Of a stretch of DNA of 64,000 nucleotides, positions 40,423 through 49,485 are shown in pieces (position 1 is the first letter of the stretch; the number at the start of each line of letters is the position of its first letter). The notes under the pieces were generated by a model that ran no database searches, was not told the origin of the DNA, and saw only the letters and a program-made list of their open reading frames with translations. The position numbers and the translations under genes are program-made. This stretch comes from an uncultured delta proteobacterium (GTDB lineage: Bacteria; Myxococcota; Myxococcia; Myxococcales; Myxococcaceae). The stretch covers positions 192,001 through 256,000 of the forward strand of contig CAWCKH010000001.1 in assembly GCA_963796055.1 (NCBI GenBank), written 5' to 3'.

Positions 40423-41232
40423 ATGCAGATCCGTCGCTGGTACGCAGGCACCTCGCTGCTCCTGGCAGCGCTGGTGACGACCGCTGCGCTCGGCGGAATC
40501 CTCCTGCCCTCGACGTACGGGCGCGAGGCGGCCAGCTGGGCCGCCCAGGGCGTCGGCCAGGACTGGGTGAATCTGCTGGTGGTCGCCCCGGCGATTGCAG
40601 TCCTGGCCGTCGCGGTGTCCCGCGGCTCACGCCGGGCGCGCCTGCTCCTCGGTGGAGCGCTGCTCTACGTCGCCTACTCCTTTCTGTTCTACGTCTTCGC
40701 CGTCCACTTCAACCGGCTCTTCCTCGTCTACTGCGCCTGTCTCGGGCTCGGGTTCTATGGGCTCCAGGCAGTGCTCCTCGAGCTGTGGCCCGAACCGATG
40801 TGGAACTGGTTCGACGTGGCGGCTCCCCGGCGGGCCGCCGGCACCTGGCTGGTGACTCTCGGCACCGCGTTCGCGGTGCTGTGGCTGTCACAGGTGGTCC
40901 CCGCGCTGTGGGAGGGAGGAGATCCCGTGGGGAGCGCCGAGCTTGGTCTGCTCACCAATCCGGCTCACGTGCTCGACCTCTCCTTCCTCTGCCCGCTCAT
41001 GCTGGCCACCGGCACCTCGGCGTTCCGCCGAGGCCGGCTCGGCGGAGTCATGGCCCCCATCCTCCTGGCGTTCAGCGTGGTCCTGGCCCTGGCCGTGGTG
41101 GGGAATGCTGTCTCGATGGAGCGACAGGGGGTCGGTCGCGCGATGCCGATGGCCGGCGCAGCGGGCGTGGTCGCGGTGGTGAGTATCGGTCTGCTGGTCC
41201 GCTTTCTTCGCGGTCCGCGCCGCCTGCGCTGA
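40423..41232 (+). CDS. multi-pass membrane protein of unknown function
   Basis: About 8 hydrophobic segments; GQD, NRLFLVY and LDL motifs. Confidence 0.72.
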   Translation: MQIRRWYAGTSLLLAALVTTAALGGILLPSTYGREAASWAAQGVGQDWVNLLVVAPAIAVLAVAVSRGSRRARLLLGGALLYVAYSFLFYVFAVHFNRLFLVYCACLGLGFYGLQAVLLELWPEPMWNWFDVAAPRRAAGTWLVTLGTAFAVLWLSQVVPALWEGGDPVGSAELGLLTNPAHVLDLSFLCPLMLATGTSAFRRGRLGGVMAPILLAFSVVLALAVVGNAVSMERQGVGRAMPMAGAAGVVAVVSIGLLVRFLRGPRRLR

Positions 41233-41342
41233 TCTTCGAGGGACCTGCGGCGCTCCCTGACGCCGCGGCCCTGGAGGCGGTGGCGCGGCGCGCGGCGAGC
41301 CGGCGTGGCAACGCGCAAGCGCCCGGCCCCGACGGAGGACCG

Positions 41343-42320
41343 TCAGTGCCCGCGTCCTCCATGCGACTCGAGGTAGTGCTCCTTCAGGAGATCGGCACCG
41401 AAGTCGTGGTCGAAGTCCCGCCAGACCCTGTGCACGTGGTTGGCCTGGTTCTGGGTGTTGTCGTACTCGAGCACGAAGGTCCCGCCCTGGACGCGGTAGT
41501 AGTGCCCCTGGCCACGTTCCAGCCCGCCCGCCCAGGTGAAGTGGATCCGGTCCAGGCCGGCCCGTTCCAGGCGCTCCCAGTCCGACGCAGCGAGATCCGG
41601 TCGGTGCCGACCGAGGTATTCCTTGATCAGCCGGACGAGCAACGCGCGCTGGTTCTCGTCCAGCTGTGCATGGCTGATGCCCTCCGGCCGGGTATCCGCG
41701 CGCCCCGGAACGTTGAGGATCTCCGAGGGGGCGCGGGTCGAGGAGATGGCGAGCTTCCGCTGGTCATCGCGCAGTGACTTGACGAGTGCGCGGCCCAGGT
41801 CCTCCTCGCCGCCCAGGATGCGGAGCCCGGCGCGGGGTCCCGTCCGCACCTCGGCAGGATTGCTCCCGAAGAACGAGGGCGTCTGGGCGACGCTCGAGGA
41901 CGGGCCGAAGGTGACGTTCACCGAGAGGTGGTGTCCCTCGACCCGCCACCCCCAGGGTTCGGTTCCCGCGGGGCTTCCGAAGACAGTGACGTAGTACAGC
42001 TCGGGATCACGGGTCGGTCCGCGGCCGCCCTCCAGCTCGGCGAGGATCGTCTCCAGGCTGATGATCTCCTGCGCCTTGTCGTAGCCTGTCCGGCTCAGGC
42101 CACTGGAGAGCAAGGCCCGGGCGAGCCGGCGCTGCTCACCGGACATCTGCTTGAACGCGAGCCCCTTCCGGACTCCCGGGACGTAGTGCCAGTGGGTGCG
42201 CTCCTGGTCCTTGAAGTCCAGCTGCGTCCGTCGTCGTTGGTCGGGCGTCAGCGCATCCAGGAACGCGCTCGCGGCGGCGGCCATCTCCCGGCGGGCGGGG
42301 TCAGCAGGCAACTGAGACAC
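41343..42320 (-). CDS. DUF3500 domain protein (5' end probably frameshifted)
   Basis: WHYVP, WGWRVEGHHLS, YYRVQG, EYDNTQNQANHVH.VWRD..DFG. Confidence 0.85.
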   Translation of the reverse strand: MSQLPADPARREMAAAASAFLDALTPDQRRRTQLDFKDQERTHWHYVPGVRKGLAFKQMSGEQRRLARALLSSGLSRTGYDKAQEIISLETILAELEGGRGPTRDPELYYVTVFGSPAGTEPWGWRVEGHHLSVNVTFGPSSSVAQTPSFFGSNPAEVRTGPRAGLRILGGEEDLGRALVKSLRDDQRKLAISSTRAPSEILNVPGRADTRPEGISHAQLDENQRALLVRLIKEYLGRHRPDLAASDWERLERAGLDRIHFTWAGGLERGQGHYYRVQGGTFVLEYDNTQNQANHVHRVWRDFDHDFGADLLKEHYLESHGGRGH

Positions 42321-42404
42321 CAGAAGGCCGAGGGCCAGCAGGAGCTGAAAGGTGGAGTGCCCAGGGTCGCACCGGTCATCCTATTCTGGGGTCCAGTCAC
42401 CCCG

Positions 42405-42824
42405 ATGAGAGCTCAGGGAACGGCGTCCGTCGACAGGTCCTGGCCCATTCTCACCCGCTCGGCTCCGGTCGCGCTGGCCGTGCTCACGGCCTGGGCGTGC
42501 GCGGCACCCGCGACCGGTTGGATCCGGACAGAGCTCTATCTCGGCCGCACCCTCTCCGACGGAGGGACCGTCGACCAGGCGAAGCTCGACGCATTCCTCG
42601 CCCGCGAGGCCGCGCCCCGGCTCACCGGTTGGACGGTCCTCGAAGCCCGTGGCCGGTGGACGACCCCGGACGGCGGAAGCGTCGACGAGCCGACCTCGGT
42701 CTTGGTCATCCTCCATGGGCCGGGCGAGGACTCCGCCCTGGAGGCCGTGCGCCGCGCCTACGCCCGCGACTTCGGGCAGCAATCGGTGCTCCGGGTCGAC
42801 ACTCCGGCAGCAGCCAGCTTCTAG
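42405..42824 (+). CDS. DUF3574 domain protein
   Basis: RTELYLG, G.TVL.A.GRW, Y...FGQQSVLR. Confidence 0.75.
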   Translation: MRAQGTASVDRSWPILTRSAPVALAVLTAWACAAPATGWIRTELYLGRTLSDGGTVDQAKLDAFLAREAAPRLTGWTVLEARGRWTTPDGGSVDEPTSVLVILHGPGEDSALEAVRRAYARDFGQQSVLRVDTPAAASF

Positions 42825-42841
42825 CGAGCCTCGCGGGAGTC

Positions 42842-43243
42842 TCAGTGACCCGGCCCTGCTCCGGTCGCCCCCTCCTGGAACACCGGCGAGGGGTCGAGCG
42901 TGCAATCCTTCGTCGCCGGGTCGATCCCGAGCCGACGGAGAGTCTCATCGTCGGGGAAGCCCGTCTCCCGGATCCCCTCGCTTCGCTGGAAGGCCCGGAT
43001 CGCCGCCCCGAGCTGCGTTCCCTCCGGGGCATCCCTCGGCAGGAACCCACGCTGGCGGAGCACCGCCGCCAGCTGCTCGCGCGAGTTCGGGTGCGGGAGG
43101 TTCACGTCGTCGAAGGGCGCCAGCGGAGAGGTTCCCACCGTCCCGGGTGGAGGCTGCCCACCCTGCCCTGCCGGGTCATGGGCACAGGCGAGGACCAGCG
43201 CCATCGAGGCGAGCGTCGAGGCAACACAGGAACGTCGGCGCAT
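42842..43243 (-). CDS. lipoprotein with a peptidoglycan-binding domain
   Basis: Lipobox VLAC; AIRAFQRSEGI.ETG..D.ET. Confidence 0.75.
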   Translation of the reverse strand: MRRRSCVASTLASMALVLACAHDPAGQGGQPPPGTVGTSPLAPFDDVNLPHPNSREQLAAVLRQRGFLPRDAPEGTQLGAAIRAFQRSEGIRETGFPDDETLRRLGIDPATKDCTLDPSPVFQEGATGAGPGH

Positions 43244-43390
43244 GGTGGCTCCTCGGACCGGCAGGGCGTCCACGCTCTCGCAGGCCAGAGGCGCCGTCCA
43301 GAGAGGTCGGCTGTCACCCTTCGGCCACCGAGCACCCGCGGGCCGTTCACGACGCGGGTCGAGAGGTACGCCGAGCGTTTCCGGAGAAGG

Positions 43391-43927
43391 TCAGTCGTCC
43401 TCGGCGTCGTCCGACTCGGAAGCCTCCTGCTCTCCTCCAGCCTGCTCGTCGCCTCCTCCCTCGCCGCCCGCTTCCGGCGCGGTCAGCGCCGCAGCTCCAT
43501 GGACGAGCACCCCGCCCCGGTGCCCAGCGTCGATCCCGAGCGCAAGCATCGCCATCGAGAGCGCCACGCTCGTCAGTCCAGCGGTCACGAACGGCCGGCG
43601 CCGGTTCCGGAAGACGAGCGCGAGGCCCGCGGCCGCGAAGGTCGCCCCCGCCGCGACGGTGAAAGCCCGGGCCGCGCGCTGGTGCGCCTCGACCGCCGCT
43701 TCCCCGGCGCGGCCTTCGACTCGTTCCTCGTCTTGCTCCCCGGTCCGCAGGGCGACGGCGGCGGCGCCGAGGAGGACGCCCTGGAGCACCAGCGCCAGCA
43801 ACCACGCTCTTCCCGGCAGGCGGTTCGTGGCGATTGCCCAGACCAGCGCTCCGAGCAGAACGGGCATCACCAGGGCAAGGCCCAACGGAACGTGGACGAC
43901 GGCGGGATGGAGGGGCAGAGTGTTCAC
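43391..43927 (-). CDS. DUF2231-like His-containing membrane protein
   Basis: LHPAVVHVP, VEAH, GHRGGVLVH; AGGAGG RBS before GTG 43927. Confidence 0.75.
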   Translation of the reverse strand: MNTLPLHPAVVHVPLGLALVMPVLLGALVWAIATNRLPGRAWLLALVLQGVLLGAAAVALRTGEQDEERVEGRAGEAAVEAHQRAARAFTVAAGATFAAAGLALVFRNRRRPFVTAGLTSVALSMAMLALGIDAGHRGGVLVHGAAALTAPEAGGEGGGDEQAGGEQEASESDDAEDD

Positions 43928-43983
43928 GGCGTTTGCCTCCTGAGTTCGACTCTCCTCGTGCCCGACCCCGCTCCCCATCTCCA

Positions 43984-44059
43984 TCCGTCGGACGACGGAG
44001 AGTCCACGCCCCGGGTCGTGACGGGCACCGCGGCCCCCGCCCGTACGTCGGATGACGGA
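43984..44059. promoter_or_regulatory. two palindromic boxes, candidate LuxR-type operators
   Basis: TCCGTC-N4-GACGGA (43984-43999) and TACGTC-N4-GACGGA (44044-44059), 60 bp apart. Confidence 0.5.
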
Positions 44060-44575
44060 GCGTCAAGCGAGCGTCTTCGTTCGACCGTGCTCTTCCTCTG
44101 CATCGTGGTGCTCATCGCCGTCGACCTGGTGGAGGACTGGCAGCACGGATCCGAGGGCCTCCACCTCGGCCTCGAGTCGGTCGTCCTCGTCCTCGCCGCC
44201 GCGGGCCTGTGGCTCCTCCGTGGCCGCGTTCTCCGCGAAAGGGCGGCGATGCGCGCGCTCCGGGCCCGTCTGACGGAGGTCAGCGCCGCGGCCGAGTCGT
44301 GGCGTCGTGACACTGAAGCTCTGGCCAGCGGGCTCGGACGTGCGATCGACTCGCAGTTTCAACACTGGAGGCTCACAGACGCCGAGCGCGAGGTGGCGCT
44401 TCTCCTCCTCAAGGGCCTGTCGTTGCGGGAAATCGCCGGTTTGCGCGAGACGAGCGAGCGGACGGTTCGGCAGCAGGCGCTCGCCGTCTACCGCAAGGCC
44501 GGACTCGGCGGACGGGCCGAGCTGTCTGCCTTCTTCCTCGAGGACCTGCTCTCGCCGCCCTCGCCGCGGCGTTGA
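44018..44575 (+). CDS. membrane-anchored LuxR-family regulator (no receiver domain)
   Basis: Two TM helices, coiled coil, LTDAEREVALLLLKGLS..EIA..SERTVRQQ..VYRK; start uncertain. Confidence 0.85.
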   Translation: MTGTAAPARTSDDGASSERLRSTVLFLCIVVLIAVDLVEDWQHGSEGLHLGLESVVLVLAAAGLWLLRGRVLRERAAMRALRARLTEVSAAAESWRRDTEALASGLGRAIDSQFQHWRLTDAEREVALLLLKGLSLREIAGLRETSERTVRQQALAVYRKAGLGGRAELSAFFLEDLLSPPSPRR

Positions 44576-44579
44576 GCCA

Positions 44580-46064
44580 TCAGCTGTTCACTGACCGGCG
44601 CCGGACAGCGAGCAGGCCGAGAATCGCCAGCCCCAGCCAGGGCGCTCCGTGCGCGGAGCTGGAACAGCTGCCGATGATGTCGGACGGCGGACCCTCCGCC
44701 GGAGCTCCGGGACCGGCGTCGGGACCCGCGTCAGACGCTCCGCCGTCGGGAGTGCCCGCATCGGTCGACCCCGCATCGGGCATGCCGGCGTCGCTCGCCG
44801 AGGCAAACCCGTAGGCGCCGAGATCGCTTGCCGATGCCGAGGCGCGTGGACGCGTCCCGAGCGGCGCGAGAAATTCCTGGTCCGGAATCCCGCTCACCAC
44901 GGCCCCGGTCCCATCGACGTAGGTCACCCCGGCCGCTCCTGCACCGATGGCCGGCAATCCGGGCGCGAGGTGCAGGTCGGTGGGGCCGACGAACCCGGGG
45001 CTCGTGCCCGTCAGGCCACCGCTCAGCGTGCCGGCGCTCGTCACTTGGTTGGAGATCCAGTTGTTGCTCCCGACCAGAATGGCCGACGTCGTCGCATCGG
45101 CCGCGAGGCCCGTTCCGCTGGTGGTGGCATGGACGATGCTGTTGACCAGATGGATCTGGCTGCCGGCGGCCGGAGCGATCGCGTGGAACAGCCGATTGGA
45201 CGGATGGGCGAGGATGAAGGTGTTCGAGAGCGCGTAGAGGCTTCCGTTGCGACCGCTCTCCGCGCCGTTGTCCGAGCCCCAGAGGATGACCTGGCTGTTG
45301 TTGCCCGAGCTCGGCGGCCGGACGATCACGTTCCCGATCAACGTCGCGTTGGCATTCGGCGCGTCGGTGTCCGGCGGCGCCTGGATGAGATCGATCTCGT
45401 AGTTCCCGGCGTTCTCGATGAGGTTGTAAGCGATGAGCGCGTGGTGCGAGCGCACCTTCACGTTCTGCCCGCCCGCCGAATCGTGGATGTGGTTCCCGAT
45501 GAGAACGATGGATTGCCCGCCGACGTAGAAGTTGTGGGAGTACCCGTCGCCGGCTCCGTTGTGGAACACCTCGCTCGCCCGGACGGTGAGGGTCGCTGCG
45601 CCATCGGACATGAAACCGTCGTGACAGTCGTGCACCGAAACGTCCTCGATGGTCACGTCCAGCGCGCCGGCCGTGACCCGGAACGCCGCGCCGTTGTTGG
45701 TGTCGTTCGCCGCGTTCTTCAATTCCAGGTGTTCGACACGCCAATGGCTCCCGCCGGTGAACTGGAAGATGGCCCGTGGCACGGGGCCGGCCCCGGTGAG
45801 GTTGAGCCCCGCGGCGTCGAAGACCGGTCGGGGCCCGGGCACGCCTCGAAGGATGATGGGCGCAGCCTCGGTTCCCGACGCCTTCAGCTGACACGCGTCG
45901 GTGTACGTCCCGGGGTCGACCTCCACCACGTCTCCGGGCTGGAGGGTCACGCTCGCCACCAGCGCGCAGGGGGACCTCCAGGCCCTCGACGCACCGACCG
46001 CGTAGGTCGTCGCCCACGCCGGCGGCGCCCCGAGCGCGACGAGAAGCACCCTGACGCCGAGCAT
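44580..46064 (-). CDS. secreted right-handed beta-helix protein with a MYXO-CTERM-like anchor
   Basis: Signal peptide; PGDVVEV.PGTY; Asn-rich beta-helix repeats; DAG linker; GSCSS..W..LL..RRR tail. Confidence 0.8.
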   Translation of the reverse strand: MLGVRVLLVALGAPPAWATTYAVGASRAWRSPCALVASVTLQPGDVVEVDPGTYTDACQLKASGTEAAPIILRGVPGPRPVFDAAGLNLTGAGPVPRAIFQFTGGSHWRVEHLELKNAANDTNNGAAFRVTAGALDVTIEDVSVHDCHDGFMSDGAATLTVRASEVFHNGAGDGYSHNFYVGGQSIVLIGNHIHDSAGGQNVKVRSHHALIAYNLIENAGNYEIDLIQAPPDTDAPNANATLIGNVIVRPPSSGNNSQVILWGSDNGAESGRNGSLYALSNTFILAHPSNRLFHAIAPAAGSQIHLVNSIVHATTSGTGLAADATTSAILVGSNNWISNQVTSAGTLSGGLTGTSPGFVGPTDLHLAPGLPAIGAGAAGVTYVDGTGAVVSGIPDQEFLAPLGTRPRASASASDLGAYGFASASDAGMPDAGSTDAGTPDGGASDAGPDAGPGAPAEGPPSDIIGSCSSSAHGAPWLGLAILGLLAVRRRSVNS

Positions 46065-46216
46065 CCGCACGCACCGGGGGACTGTACCGTCGTCCTCGCG
46101 CGTGAACCGATGTGGGTCCGGAGCGCAGGGACACCCATCGGCGTCGACCACGCACGTTGGGCGCGCGGCACGGGCGATGGAACAATCGTCCGGCTTTCGA
46201 CCCCGGAGACAGTTCG

Positions 46217-47116
46217 ATGCGCCTCTCACCTCTGCTGCTCGCGTTCCCTCTCGCCCTCGTCGGATGCGCCAGCGTCCAGAAGACCTGCTACGGCGATGGC
46301 GTCTGCCGCGTGGAGAAGGACGGCGTCGTGAGCTGGGAAGGCCCGCCGGACAAGGTCGCCGCCCGCCAGGGTGTCGCGCAGTCCGCCGCCGACGCGCAGA
46401 AGCACGCCGACGAGGCCTATCTGGCGGCGCCGAAGCGGCCGCCGTCCGAGCCGATCCGCCTGGTCGTCATCGGGCCGGAGACCGAGTACCCGGACCTCGC
46501 CCCGCTCACGGGCACCTACCGCCAGATGCTGGAGCAGGCGCTCCAGGGCGACCCGCGGATCCAGCTGGTCCCGTACTCTCAGGTGAAGCTCTTCGCCGAG
46601 GCCCGCTCCGAGGGCGAGTCCACGAGCATGTTCTCGCAGCACCAGGCAAGGACGGCGGTGGACGCGCCGCTGGCCCGGCGGCTGCGGGATGGCAGTGGCG
46701 AGGTGGACGTGGTGGTCGTGGCGCACCTCTCGACCAAGAAGGTCTCGGGCTTCGTGGGGGGCAAGGGCGGCGTCGGTGTGGCCGAGGTGAACAACGTCGT
46801 CTTCGAGCTGAGCCTGTCCTCGGTCTACCGTTTCGAGGAGCAACGGCACGTCGAGGTGGGCAAGAGCAGCGACAGCCTGGCGCTCGCCGGCATCGACAAG
46901 AAGGGCAAGACCGGCTCCGGCCAGCTCAAGGGAAAGCGGAACCCCGAGAACGATCGGCCGGCTCTGATGAGCGCGGCCAGCTGGGTGAAGGCCACCTCGG
47001 CGCAGCTCGCACCCGAGCTTCCCTCGATCGCCGCCGCCCGCGACGTCCGGCAGAAGAACACCGCGACCGCGCTGCAGGATGCGCCCGAGTGGATGAAGAA
47101 GCTCCTGGCGAAGTGA
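46217..47116 (+). CDS. hypothetical lipoprotein
   Basis: Lipobox LVGC; strong GC3 codon bias; GGAG RBS. Confidence 0.78.
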   Translation: MRLSPLLLAFPLALVGCASVQKTCYGDGVCRVEKDGVVSWEGPPDKVAARQGVAQSAADAQKHADEAYLAAPKRPPSEPIRLVVIGPETEYPDLAPLTGTYRQMLEQALQGDPRIQLVPYSQVKLFAEARSEGESTSMFSQHQARTAVDAPLARRLRDGSGEVDVVVVAHLSTKKVSGFVGGKGGVGVAEVNNVVFELSLSSVYRFEEQRHVEVGKSSDSLALAGIDKKGKTGSGQLKGKRNPENDRPALMSAASWVKATSAQLAPELPSIAAARDVRQKNTATALQDAPEWMKKLLAK

Positions 47117-47151
47117 GTCGGTGATCGTCTCCTCGGGGGCCGTCCTCAGCG

Positions 47152-48462
47152 CTACGGTCCGCCGAGCGAGACGGCGGGAGTCTCCTCCGCCCGTCGCCAG
47201 GGCTGGCCGAGCAGCCCGCGCGACAGCACCGCGGCCCAGACCAGCAGCCCGGTGAGCTCGAGCACCCCGCTCGCCCCGATGACCCGGAAGGCGAATGGGG
47301 TCCAGTCGGAAGCCACCTGGAGCGTGACCCTGAGGAAGCAGCCGAGGTTGAGCAGCACCAGGGTCGGCCGCAACGTGGCGTCGCGTGGGGTGAGCGGGAC
47401 CACCAGCATGGAGACGCCGACGATCATCTGGGAGACGAACCCCACCGTCACCGCGTGGCGGATGGCGCCGTAGTACGCGTGGCTGAAGGGAAGACCGCTC
47501 ACCGCCTGGTACATCGGGAGGAGGAGCAGCATCGCCAGCGACATCCCCAGCCAGGCGTACGCCAGCCGGATGAACAGGGCGCTGCGCTGGTTCCGTGGAG
47601 GACGGCGCCAGAGGCTCCAGGGGAGCACCACCGCCCCGCAGCCCACTGCCAGCATCACCCAGCCCAGGAACAGGCCCGCGGCCCAGCGGTGATCGCCCGT
47701 CAGACGCAGTGCGATGAAGAACGTCGACTCCAGCACCAGACCCGCGGCGATCGTCGAGAGCGAGAACCAGCCCCGGCGCGCCGGCGTGGACGACACGCCG
47801 AGGAACGGCGGCAAGAACCGCTGCGAGACGCCGAGGATCATGCACAGCGCGAGGCCGTGGATCTGGAGATCTCGGAGCGGGGCCTGGAAGGTCGAGACCT
47901 GTGCCAGCAGCACCTCGCGGCTCGATGCGACCATTGTCCGCCAGGTGTGCCAGCCGTCGAGGATCGCCTGCGCGACGAGGCACCCCACGGCCAGGAACAC
48001 GAAGCCCATCCACGGCTGGAGCCGCTCCAGGCTCCGGCGGAAGGTGCGCACGAGCATCCACGCGAACAGCGCCGTCGCCGCGACCTGGAGCCCGCTCCCG
48101 GCCAGCGCCAGCGGCGGCCCGGACGCCCCGAGCGGTGCGCTCATCGCCACCGATCGGAGGATGACCCCGCCGAGCATGGCCGCCAGTGGCAGCCACCTCC
48201 ACCGCCGGCCGGCGAGACGGACGTGCCACACCGGGGGGAACATCTGGAGCGCAAACCCCATGATGAACAGCCCCACCCAGCCGTCGATCTGCGCCTGGCC
48301 GTGGGCGTTGATGTCCTGGAGCGAGACTCCGGTGAATCGCCCGGCCGCGGCGATCTGCCAGAGCAGCCCCACGCCCCATCCAGCGCCCACGGTGATGACG
48401 GTGGCGATGGCGGCGACGAAGTAGCGGTGGTGCAGCGGACGCTCCATCCCCGGGGCGCTCAT
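47152..48462 (-). CDS. NnrS-like multi-pass membrane protein
   Basis: About 12 TM helices with membrane His (AHGQAQ, QIHG, AIRHAVTVGF); ATGA-coupled to the Rrf2 gene. Confidence 0.7.
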   Translation of the reverse strand: MSAPGMERPLHHRYFVAAIATVITVGAGWGVGLLWQIAAAGRFTGVSLQDINAHGQAQIDGWVGLFIMGFALQMFPPVWHVRLAGRRWRWLPLAAMLGGVILRSVAMSAPLGASGPPLALAGSGLQVAATALFAWMLVRTFRRSLERLQPWMGFVFLAVGCLVAQAILDGWHTWRTMVASSREVLLAQVSTFQAPLRDLQIHGLALCMILGVSQRFLPPFLGVSSTPARRGWFSLSTIAAGLVLESTFFIALRLTGDHRWAAGLFLGWVMLAVGCGAVVLPWSLWRRPPRNQRSALFIRLAYAWLGMSLAMLLLLPMYQAVSGLPFSHAYYGAIRHAVTVGFVSQMIVGVSMLVVPLTPRDATLRPTLVLLNLGCFLRVTLQVASDWTPFAFRVIGASGVLELTGLLVWAAVLSRGLLGQPWRRAEETPAVSLGGP

Positions 48463-48917
48463 CGCCGGCCCCCGCGCGCTGCCCGCCCCGAACGGGGGGC
48501 CTCGCACAGTGGCCGGCTCCCGCGTTTGTCACCGACGATCTCGGCCAGCGACGAGGCCCGGAATGCGGCCTCCACCGAGGCGATGGCCTGATCGAGCCGC
48601 CGGTGCAGCGGGCAGAGGTTCGCCCCATGGGTGGGCAGCCCCAGAGGACAGACCTCGATGCGCTTCAGCGGATCCACCGCCTGGACCACGTCCAGGACCG
48701 AGATCTCCTCCGGCGTCCGGGCCAGCACCGAGCCGCCATTCGGGCCCCGCTGCGAGCGGACGAGGCCGGCGCGCGAGAGCTGACGGAGCACCTTGGCGAG
48801 GTAATCGGCGGGAGTCCTGGTGTTCAGCGCCAGCTCCGGGATGGTGACCGGCCGGTCGCCCTGGCTCGCCAGCTGGACCACGAGGCGCAGCGCGTATTCC
48901 GTCGTCCGCGAGAGCAT
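48459..48917 (-). CDS. Rrf2 family transcriptional regulator
   Basis: SRTTEYALR, YLAKVL, SQRGPNGG, CPLG..H..LCPLH. Confidence 0.92.
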   Translation of the reverse strand: MLSRTTEYALRLVVQLASQGDRPVTIPELALNTRTPADYLAKVLRQLSRAGLVRSQRGPNGGSVLARTPEEISVLDVVQAVDPLKRIEVCPLGLPTHGANLCPLHRRLDQAIASVEAAFRASSLAEIVGDKRGSRPLCEAPRSGRAARGGRR

Positions 48918-48923
48918 GGGCGG

Positions 48924-48957
48924 ACCGTATCAATTCTGGATAAATAGGTCCAGAGTT
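48924..48957 (-). promoter_or_regulatory. Rrf2 promoter overlapped by an inverted-repeat operator
   Basis: AATTCTGGA-N8-TCCAGAGTT (48932-48957); on the minus strand TGGACC-N17-TACGGT with an extended -10 TG, 6 nt before the ATG. Confidence 0.6.
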
Positions 48958-49003
48958 AGAGGACCGCCGCCGGGTCAGAGTCGAACGCGCTCCCGGCGCG
49001 GAG

Positions 49004-49366
49004 TCACCGGCTCCGGCCGTCGAACTGGGTCACCCGGAGCTGGTCCGGCTCGAAGCCATCCAGGCACCGAACGTTGATCGCCACCATCGGCTGGCCGTCG
49101 GGACCCGTGCCCCGGGCGAAGGACTTGATCCCGCACGTCTTGCAGAACAGGTGATGGATGTGATGCTTGTTGAAGAGGTAATCGGTCGTGGCGTCCTCGC
49201 CCCGCTCGAGATGGAAGCGGGACGCCGGAACGAAGCTCAGGAGCGTTCCGGCCCTTCCGCACATCGAGCAGTTGCAGCTCATCGCGGTGGCGCCGCGGTC
49301 GAGCTCCACCGTGTATCGCACCGCCCCGCAGTGACAGCTCCCGCGCCTGGTCTCCGTGTCCGCCAT
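49004..49366 (-). CDS. GFA/CENP-V family protein
   Basis: GSCHCGAV, CNCSMC, FCKTCG, INVRCL; AGGAGG RBS. Confidence 0.9.
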   Translation of the reverse strand: MADTETRRGSCHCGAVRYTVELDRGATAMSCNCSMCGRAGTLLSFVPASRFHLERGEDATTDYLFNKHHIHHLFCKTCGIKSFARGTGPDGQPMVAINVRCLDGFEPDQLRVTQFDGRSR

Positions 49367-49485
49367 CAGGGCCTCCTGCTCGCCTGGAAGGTGTGCATGG
49401 TCCGCCCGGAAGTTCAACCTCGCTCGGGCTGTCTTCGGTGGGCCTACCGGTTAGAGTCCCCGGCGCGATGACGAGGAGCCCCACC

